From assembly GCA_000004985.1 (NCBI GenBank), contig GG739130.1: a DNA stretch of 7,571 nt; one strand, given 5' to 3'. The DNA comes from Naegleria gruberi. Taxonomy: Eukaryota. Positions 1 to 7,571 of the stretch are shown here, one piece after another (position 1 is the stretch's first letter; the number at the start of each line of letters is the position of its first letter). A program made the position numbers and the translations under genes. The notes under the pieces are model-generated. The model had not been told where the DNA came from and did no database searches. It saw only the letters and a list, made by a program, of their open reading frames with translations.

Positions 1-168
1 ATTGGATTGAGTGATGAACTAGTTGATGGTTGGTCATTCAAACATAGTCATTGGAAGAAGGATAGAAATTATGGCTTGATTCAAATTGGATTGAATGAAA
101 AGAGTTCAGATAAGCAAAGTGTAATTAATTCATATTTGAATACTTACAAAGAGTCATTTATAAACTAA
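1..168 (+). CDS. 3'-terminal fragment of an unrecognised protein-coding gene (partial, start lies upstream of the window). It has 55 sense codons followed by a tandem TAA TAA stop.
   Basis: Frame 1 is open from base 1 to the TAA at 166-168, with a second in-frame TAA at 169-171. It translates to IGLSDELVDGWSFKHSHWKKDRNYGLIQIGLNEKSSDKQSVINSYLNTYKESFIN. The other two forward frames hit TGA within the first 12 nt. At this AT content a 55-codon open stretch has roughly a 1-2% chance per frame. The amino-acid mix is protein-like and not low-complexity. It is absent from the ORF track because it has no start codon inside the window. I do not recognise the sequence or its family. Confidence 0.35.
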   Translation: MGLSDELVDGWSFKHSHWKKDRNYGLIQIGLNEKSSDKQSVINSYLNTYKESFIN

Positions 169-641
169 TAAATTTCATTGTGAAGCTTGTAACTGGGACG
201 TTGAATCTATTGGAGAGCTAAAGTTTTTGAGTATTTCACACAGCCAATTCTTTCCTTAGCAAATCCATTAATTTTGATCTAAGGAAGCCTATTGCCGATA
301 TTTGATGGTAGATGCAGTGGGGTTTGGTTAGGATTCAGAGTTGATTTATTTGGGTTATTTAAGAGATTACTTAGTGAAGATTCATATCATTGATTATATT
401 TCTTATCATCTATAAATGATGTAAATTTGATGTTTTCATTTCTTGTATTGACAGATATTTAAAGGTCAGGTCAGTACTAACTTTTGAATTATGACCTTTG
501 AGAAGTCAAATGTTTGGGACGTGAATCTACTCATTGGATTGTGTTGGTATTGCTAATAAAGAAACATTTCATTGATTTATTGATTATAACGGTCAAAATG
601 AGTTGAATGTAAGTGAATCTTATGTTGATTGATCGTGGATG

Positions 642-672
642 GGTAGTTTCGCCACGAAGTGGTGCAACTACC
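642..672. repeat. GC-rich nested inverted repeat (hairpin) with a 7-bp outer stem and a 6-bp inner stem capped by a GAA triloop
   Basis: ggtagtt (642-648) is the exact reverse complement of aactacc (666-672). Inside, c650-g664, g651-t663 (G.U), c652-g662, c653-g661, a654-t660 and c655-g659 close on the loop g656 a657 a658. Single-nucleotide bulges sit at 649 and 665. The surrounding about 45 nt (gatcgtggatgggtagtttcgccacgaagtggtgcaactaccaacc) is conspicuously GC-rich relative to the flanks. Confidence 0.4.
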
Positions 673-1747
673 AACCTTTGTAGATTGAATCAGGTTGATT
701 TGCATGCAATATGAATAAGTAACATTATCAAGAGTGATTATTCACTAATTCAATGGTCAATATTCAATAATCGGTTTGATTTCAATCAATAGCTTGCTCA
801 TCAAGCTTTGAATCAATATTCCAGTAATTAACGGCAGTCTATTTTTAAATTTAATCAAAGACCATATATAGTAGCTTGACTTTTATGATCTGGAAACTAT
901 CTAGATGTGTTCTATATTGAATAATCTATTTGAAAATGAGAAGAATTAACTCTTCTATTGAGTTTTATTGGTATTGCATGGTATTACGATTATAATAATC
1001 TACACAGAAATCACTCTTGAAATATAAACTGTACTATAGTGTATGAGAAACATAATGGTGGTGGAATTAATCAATAACTCGTTGAAATGACTGAGATGGA
1101 ATGTAAACTATGGTCTATTTGTCATGTAATAGTGACTAGACAGTGTCAATTTCATCAGATTATTTCAAACTGATTACATTCAATAAAAAACCGTTCTATA
1201 CATCACGTATGTCATACAGAATGAGTTTCAATATTTAATATTGTGAACTGACTCTGTTGGATACCATCTCTATAAATATAACAATATGAAAAGTGTCAAC
1301 ATTCAATTTCACATGCATGTTACTATGTAGAGTCATCATTATATCATCTAAATAGGTTGTATTTCAAGTTTCAGTCACATTGACTGTCTAGATATTGAGA
1401 TGTGAATACTAAGGCTGATGAAATGGTACCTTCACTGATTATTGACATGAACATTACAATTGATCATATGATTCTTGTATAAGTATTTCATTATTCAGTA
1501 ATTGTGATATGATGGTAAAATTTAATTTTGGAATTAAGATTCTTCCTAATTGATTACCTTAGATGTTCCTTAGTTGAGTTAAAGATATTTAGCCATGAAT
1601 ATGAAACTTTCTCAGATTGTTCTCCTCATCAAGCGGAGTGTATTCATACTTGATACTTGTATGATATATTGTAAATTGACTGAGATGGAGTATATTCTAT
1701 ATATTGAATTGTGACATTTTGAAAGATTGGTATTATTATCATATTGA

Positions 1748-4700
1748 NNNNNNNNNNNNNNNNNNNNNNNNNNNNNNNNNNNNNNNNNNNNNNNNNNNNN
1801 NNNNNNNNNNNNNNNNNNNNNNNNNNNNNNNNNNNNNNNNNNNNNNNNNNNNNNNNNNNNNNNNNNNNNNNNNNNNNNNNNNNNNNNNNNNNNNNNNNNN
1901 NNNNNNNNNNNNNNNNNNNNNNNNNNNNNNNNNNNNNNNNNNNNNNNNNNNNNNNNNNNNNNNNNNNNNNNNNNNNNNNNNNNNNNNNNNNNNNNNNNNN
2001 NNNNNNNNNNNNNNNNNNNNNNNNNNNNNNNNNNNNNNNNNNNNNNNNNNNNNNNNNNNNNNNNNNNNNNNNNNNNNNNNNNNNNNNNNNNNNNNNNNNN
2101 NNNNNNNNNNNNNNNNNNNNNNNNNNNNNNNNNNNNNNNNNNNNNNNNNNNNNNNNNNNNNNNNNNNNNNNNNNNNNNNNNNNNNNNNNNNNNNNNNNNN
2201 NNNNNNNNNNNNNNNNNNNNNNNNNNNNNNNNNNNNNNNNNNNNNNNNNNNNNNNNNNNNNNNNNNNNNNNNNNNNNNNNNNNNNNNNNNNNNNNNNNNN
2301 NNNNNNNNNNNNNNNNNNNNNNNNNNNNNNNNNNNNNNNNNNNNNNNNNNNNNNNNNNNNNNNNNNNNNNNNNNNNNNNNNNNNNNNNNNNNNNNNNNNN
2401 NNNNNNNNNNNNNNNNNNNNNNNNNNNNNNNNNNNNNNNNNNNNNNNNNNNNNNNNNNNNNNNNNNNNNNNNNNNNNNNNNNNNNNNNNNNNNNNNNNNN
2501 NNNNNNNNNNNNNNNNNNNNNNNNNNNNNNNNNNNNNNNNNNNNNNNNNNNNNNNNNNNNNNNNNNNNNNNNNNNNNNNNNNNNNNNNNNNNNNNNNNNN
2601 NNNNNNNNNNNNNNNNNNNNNNNNNNNNNNNNNNNNNNNNNNNNNNNNNNNNNNNNNNNNNNNNNNNNNNNNNNNNNNNNNNNNNNNNNNNNNNNNNNNN
2701 NNNNNNNNNNNNNNNNNNNNNNNNNNNNNNNNNNNNNNNNNNNNNNNNNNNNNNNNNNNNNNNNNNNNNNNNNNNNNNNNNNNNNNNNNNNNNNNNNNNN
2801 NNNNNNNNNNNNNNNNNNNNNNNNNNNNNNNNNNNNNNNNNNNNNNNNNNNNNNNNNNNNNNNNNNNNNNNNNNNNNNNNNNNNNNNNNNNNNNNNNNNN
2901 NNNNNNNNNNNNNNNNNNNNNNNNNNNNNNNNNNNNNNNNNNNNNNNNNNNNNNNNNNNNNNNNNNNNNNNNNNNNNNNNNNNNNNNNNNNNNNNNNNNN
3001 NNNNNNNNNNNNNNNNNNNNNNNNNNNNNNNNNNNNNNNNNNNNNNNNNNNNNNNNNNNNNNNNNNNNNNNNNNNNNNNNNNNNNNNNNNNNNNNNNNNN
3101 NNNNNNNNNNNNNNNNNNNNNNNNNNNNNNNNNNNNNNNNNNNNNNNNNNNNNNNNNNNNNNNNNNNNNNNNNNNNNNNNNNNNNNNNNNNNNNNNNNNN
3201 NNNNNNNNNNNNNNNNNNNNNNNNNNNNNNNNNNNNNNNNNNNNNNNNNNNNNNNNNNNNNNNNNNNNNNNNNNNNNNNNNNNNNNNNNNNNNNNNNNNN
3301 NNNNNNNNNNNNNNNNNNNNNNNNNNNNNNNNNNNNNNNNNNNNNNNNNNNNNNNNNNNNNNNNNNNNNNNNNNNNNNNNNNNNNNNNNNNNNNNNNNNN
3401 NNNNNNNNNNNNNNNNNNNNNNNNNNNNNNNNNNNNNNNNNNNNNNNNNNNNNNNNNNNNNNNNNNNNNNNNNNNNNNNNNNNNNNNNNNNNNNNNNNNN
3501 NNNNNNNNNNNNNNNNNNNNNNNNNNNNNNNNNNNNNNNNNNNNNNNNNNNNNNNNNNNNNNNNNNNNNNNNNNNNNNNNNNNNNNNNNNNNNNNNNNNN
3601 NNNNNNNNNNNNNNNNNNNNNNNNNNNNNNNNNNNNNNNNNNNNNNNNNNNNNNNNNNNNNNNNNNNNNNNNNNNNNNNNNNNNNNNNNNNNNNNNNNNN
3701 NNNNNNNNNNNNNNNNNNNNNNNNNNNNNNNNNNNNNNNNNNNNNNNNNNNNNNNNNNNNNNNNNNNNNNNNNNNNNNNNNNNNNNNNNNNNNNNNNNNN
3801 NNNNNNNNNNNNNNNNNNNNNNNNNNNNNNNNNNNNNNNNNNNNNNNNNNNNNNNNNNNNNNNNNNNNNNNNNNNNNNNNNNNNNNNNNNNNNNNNNNNN
3901 NNNNNNNNNNNNNNNNNNNNNNNNNNNNNNNNNNNNNNNNNNNNNNNNNNNNNNNNNNNNNNNNNNNNNNNNNNNNNNNNNNNNNNNNNNNNNNNNNNNN
4001 NNNNNNNNNNNNNNNNNNNNNNNNNNNNNNNNNNNNNNNNNNNNNNNNNNNNNNNNNNNNNNNNNNNNNNNNNNNNNNNNNNNNNNNNNNNNNNNNNNNN
4101 NNNNNNNNNNNNNNNNNNNNNNNNNNNNNNNNNNNNNNNNNNNNNNNNNNNNNNNNNNNNNNNNNNNNNNNNNNNNNNNNNNNNNNNNNNNNNNNNNNNN
4201 NNNNNNNNNNNNNNNNNNNNNNNNNNNNNNNNNNNNNNNNNNNNNNNNNNNNNNNNNNNNNNNNNNNNNNNNNNNNNNNNNNNNNNNNNNNNNNNNNNNN
4301 NNNNNNNNNNNNNNNNNNNNNNNNNNNNNNNNNNNNNNNNNNNNNNNNNNNNNNNNNNNNNNNNNNNNNNNNNNNNNNNNNNNNNNNNNNNNNNNNNNNN
4401 NNNNNNNNNNNNNNNNNNNNNNNNNNNNNNNNNNNNNNNNNNNNNNNNNNNNNNNNNNNNNNNNNNNNNNNNNNNNNNNNNNNNNNNNNNNNNNNNNNNN
4501 NNNNNNNNNNNNNNNNNNNNNNNNNNNNNNNNNNNNNNNNNNNNNNNNNNNNNNNNNNNNNNNNNNNNNNNNNNNNNNNNNNNNNNNNNNNNNNNNNNNN
4601 NNNNNNNNNNNNNNNNNNNNNNNNNNNNNNNNNNNNNNNNNNNNNNNNNNNNNNNNNNNNNNNNNNNNNNNNNNNNNNNNNNNNNNNNNNNNNNNNNNNN

Positions 4701-6712
4701 NNNNNNNNNNNNNNNNNNNNNNNNNNNNNNNNNNNNNNNNNNNNNNNNNNNNNNNNNNNNNNNNNNNNNNNNNNNNNNNNNNNNNNNNNNNNNNNNNNNN
4801 NNNNNNNNNNNNNNNNNNNNNNNNNNNNNNNNNNNNNNNNNNNNNNNNNNNNNNNNNNNNNNNNNNNNNNNNNNNNNNNNNNNNNNNNNNNNNNNNNNNN
4901 NNNNNNNNNNNNNNNNNNNNNNNNNNNNNNNNNNNNNNNNNNNNNNNNNNNNNNNNNNNNNNNNNNNNNNNNNNNNNNNNNNNNNNNNNNNNNNNNNNNN
5001 NNNNNNNNNNNNNNNNNNNNNNNNNNNNNNNNNNNNNNNNNNNNNNNNNNNNNNNNNNNNNNNNNNNNNNNNNNNNNNNNNNNNNNNNNNNNNNNNNNNN
5101 NNNNNNNNNNNNNNNNNNNNNNNNNNNNNNNNNNNNNNNNNNNNNNNNNNNNNNNNNNNNNNNNNNNNNNNNNNNNNNNNNNNNNNNNNNNNNNNNNNNN
5201 NNNNNNNNNNNNNNNNNNNNNNNNNNNNNNNNNNNNNNNNNNNNNNNNNNNNNNNNNNNNNNNNNNNNNNNNNNNNNNNNNNNNNNNNNNNNNNNNNNNN
5301 NNNNNNNNNNNNNNNNNNNNNNNNNNNNNNNNNNNNNNNNNNNNNNNNNNNNNNNNNNNNNNNNNNNNNNNNNNNNNNNNNNNNNNNNNNNNNNNNNNNN
5401 NNNNNNNNNNNNNNNNNNNNNNNNNNNNNNNNNNNNNNNNNNNNNNNNNNNNNNNNNNNNNNNNNNNNNNNNNNNNNNNNNNNNNNNNNNNNNNNNNNNN
5501 NNNNNNNNNNNNNNNNNNNNNNNNNNNNNNNNNNNNNNNNNNNNNNNNNNNNNNNNNNNNNNNNNNNNNNNNNNNNNNNNNNNNNNNNNNNNNNNNNNNN
5601 NNNNNNNNNNNNNNNNNNNNNNNNNNNNNNNNNNNNNNNNNNNNNNNNNNNNNNNNNNNNNNNNNNNNNNNNNNNNNNNNNNNNNNNNNNNNNNNNNNNN
5701 NNNNNNNNNNNNNNNNNNNNNNNNNNNNNNNNNNNNNNNNNNNNNNNNNNNNNNNNNNNNNNNNNNNNNNNNNNNNNNNNNNNNNNNNNNNNNNNNNNNN
5801 NNNNNNNNNNNNNNNNNNNNNNNNNNNNNNNNNNNNNNNNNNNNNNNNNNNNNNNNNNNNNNNNNNNNNNNNNNNNNNNNNNNNNNNNNNNNNNNNNNNN
5901 NNNNNNNNNNNNNNNNNNNNNNNNNNNNNNNNNNNNNNNNNNNNNNNNNNNNNNNNNNNNNNNNNNNNNNNNNNNNNNNNNNNNNNNNNNNNNNNNNNNN
6001 NNNNNNNNNNNNNNNNNNNNNNNNNNNNNNNNNNNNNNNNNNNNNNNNNNNNNNNNNNNNNNNNNNNNNNNNNNNNNNNNNNNNNNNNNNNNNNNNNNNN
6101 NNNNNNNNNNNNNNNNNNNNNNNNNNNNNNNNNNNNNNNNNNNNNNNNNNNNNNNNNNNNNNNNNNNNNNNNNNNNNNNNNNNNNNNNNNNNNNNNNNNN
6201 NNNNNNNNNNNNNNNNNNNNNNNNNNNNNNNNNNNNNNNNNNNNNNNNNNNNNNNNNNNNNNNNNNNNNNNNNNNNNNNNNNNNNNNNNNNNNNNNNNNN
6301 NNNNNNNNNNNNNNNNNNNNNNNNNNNNNNNNNNNNNNNNNNNNNNNNNNNNNNNNNNNNNNNNNNNNNNNNNNNNNNNNNNNNNNNNNNNNNNNNNNNN
6401 NNNNNNNNNNNNNNNNNNNNNNNNNNNNNNNNNNNNNNNNNNNNNNNNNNNNNNNNNNNNNNNNNNNNNNNNNNNNNNNNNNNNNNNNNNNNNNNNNNNN
6501 NNNNNNNNNNNNNNNNNNNNNNNNNNNNNNNNNNNNNNNNNNNNNNNNNNNNNNNNNNNNNNNNNNNNNNNNNNNNNNNNNNNNNNNNNNNNNNNNNNNN
6601 NNNNNNNNNNNNNNNNNNNNNNNNNNNNNNNNNNNNNNNNNNNNNNNNNNNNNNNNNNNNNNNNNNNNNNNNNNNNNNNNNNNNNNNNNNNNNNNNNNNN
6701 NNNNNNNNNNNN
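1748..6712. other. Assembly gap or masked block, 4965 consecutive N, no sequence information
   Basis: Direct reading. The N-run begins right after ...atattga at 1741-1747 and ends right before tgagatgt... at 6713. The track ORFs crossing it translate to poly-X. Confidence 0.99.
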
Positions 6713-7003
6713 TGAGATGTATAACACGATGGTAGAGTTGCATAGAGTGGTCATTTTCCAGATTTTCATCCATGTTACTCAGTTGACTAGATGGTATGAA
6801 AGGGATGAAATCTTGAATATGAAAGTTAAAATAAACTTGATATTCAATCTCTACACATCGAATGGAGCATTTACATGTATAATTTGTTGATTGAAGTGAT
6901 GTTTTTGATAGACTTTGTCTGACCTGTCCATCTTTAAATACCTCTTTGTAAAATCAATATTTACATTCCCATGGTACCATTTCTGATTCTTATGATATGA
7001 AAT

Positions 7004-7018
7004 GGGTTTGGGTTTGGG
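7004..7018 (+). repeat. Interstitial telomere-like motif, GGGTTTGGGTTTGGG (2.5 units), about 350 bp internal to the terminal array
   Basis: An exact match to the terminal repeat unit, embedded in unique AT-rich sequence (aaatGGGTTTGGGTTTGGGagactgtagggtaaatcc). The adjacent tagggtaaa is another G-rich telomere-like fragment. Confidence 0.8.
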
Positions 7019-7367
7019 AGACTGTAGGGTAAATCCATTACCCAAATTTAGTTGTCCAATTGTTGAAAATTGACTTTTACCAATATCATACTAGACGTTG
7101 TGCACTATATAATAAAAAAGAAATGGAATTTTAATTCACTGTACTTATTCAGAAAATCAACTCTGAAAACTAGTGTTTAACTTTTATTTTTCATTTCTTA
7201 GTAATAAGTATGACTTGGAACACAATCATTTCAAATATGATAGATACACATATGAGTTGACTATAATCATAAAAATATTTGAAAAATATAAAGTCTAGAA
7301 AAAGTTATAAGGCACTGCTTAAAACATAAAGATTTTTACCCTGTTGGGTCTGAAATTTCAAAGTTGA

Positions 7368-7571
7368 GTTGGGTTTGGGTTTGGGTTTGGGTTTGGGTTT
7401 GGGTTTGGGTTTGGGTTTGGGTTTGGGTTTGGGTTTGGGTTTGGTTGGTTTTGGGTTTGGGTTTGGGTTTGGGTTTGGGTTTGGGTTTGGGTTTGGGTTT
7501 GGGTTTGGGTTTGGGTTTGGGTTTGGGTTTGGGTTTGGGTTTGGGTTTGGGTTTCGGGTTTGGGTTTGGGT
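7368..7571 (+). repeat. Telomere-like tandem hexamer array (GGGTTT)n / (TTTGGG)n of about 32 units, running to the window edge. The G-rich strand reads 5'->3' toward the end.
   Basis: Perfect GGGTTT units run from 7371 to 7442 (12 units). A degenerate patch follows at 7443-7452 (GGTT GGTTTT). Then 17 perfect units run 7453-7554, a single inserted C sits at 7555, and further units continue to the last base. The window ends mid-unit, so the array probably continues. Short G3T3-type tandem repeats with occasional variant units and this strand polarity are the classic signature of telomerase-added telomeric DNA. Confidence 0.9.

Noticed and set aside
463-474. aggtcaggtcag, an overlapping direct repeat of the AGGTCA nuclear-receptor half-site
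   Set aside because: A single occurrence with no partner elements. A 6-mer duplication of this kind is expected by chance at this scale.
791-807. Small palindrome agcttg-ctcat-caagct (6-bp stem, 5-nt loop)
   Set aside because: Short stem of modest stability with no extension beyond 6 bp. Such inverted repeats are expected by chance in 2.6 kb.
864-872. TATA-box-like strings (catatatag at 864-872, cactatataataaaaaag at 7103-7120, tctataaatata at 1268-1279)
   Set aside because: In DNA this AT-rich, TATA-like heptamers occur frequently by chance. No downstream ORF or other promoter context supports any of them.
1644-6890. Four giant ORFs in the supplied track (1644..6773 -, 1704..6890 +, 1739..6769 -, 1744..6735 +; 1663-1728 aa)
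   Set aside because: Over 95% of each translation is X from the 4965-bp N-run. NNN is never a stop, so any frame stays open across a gap. Only the short real-sequence tails at the gap edges are informative, and those are discussed separately.
6851-7045. 64-aa minus-strand ORF (MGNGFTLQSPKPKP...)
   Set aside because: My reverse-complement reading shows its first codon is TTG, not ATG. It runs through the interstitial telomere-like repeat, giving KPKP. It is barely above the length expected by chance in AT-rich DNA and sits about 300 bp from a telomere-like array. Most likely spurious.
1-7571. Reading the region as a ciliate genome (TAA/TAG = Gln) because TTTGGG is a Paramecium telomere variant
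   Set aside because: The unique sequence is saturated with TGA triplets in all frames, which a coding-dense ciliate macronuclear chromosome would avoid. The array also contains no TTGGGG units. The left-edge frame ends TAA TAA and then TGA, so the gene call does not depend on the code either way. Taxon left unassigned.
1-7571. Prokaryotic defence or accessory island features (CRISPR array, integrase, toxin-antitoxin pair, mobile-element ends)
   Set aside because: No regularly spaced direct repeats with unique spacers, no ORFs of gene size in readable sequence, and no terminal inverted repeats. The terminal (GGGTTT)n array and the N-gap point to a eukaryotic scaffold end, where these categories do not apply. 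Anything of that kind would have to be inside the unreadable N block.

Overview
Only about 2.6 kb of this 7571-bp window is readable. Positions 1748..6712 are a single uninterrupted run of 4965 N, which is 66% of the window. The four very long ORFs in the supplied track (1644..6773, 1704..6890, 1739..6769, 1744..6735) are artefacts of translating that N-run and are not genes. The readable flanks (1..1747 and 6713..7571) are AT-rich, with GC roughly one third by eye, and almost free of open reading frames even under a permissive bacterial-style ORF call. The window ends in about 32 tandem copies of the hexamer GGGTTT, with the G-rich strand running 5'->3' toward the window edge. A 2.5-unit interstitial copy of the same motif sits about 350 bp further in. 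Together this looks like the subtelomeric end of a eukaryotic nuclear scaffold with an unsized or size-estimated assembly gap. It does not look like a prokaryotic accessory region, so bacterial-style categories such as CRISPR, operons and terminators mostly do not apply. The one coding signal I can support is a 55-codon open frame entering from the left edge (1..165) that ends in a TAA TAA double stop. I do not recognise its product. Lesser observations are a GC-rich nested hairpin at 642..672, short open frames abutting both gap edges, and a 13-mer repeated on either side of position 1400. I cannot support any undescribed biological system from the readable bases. If one exists here it lies inside the N block.
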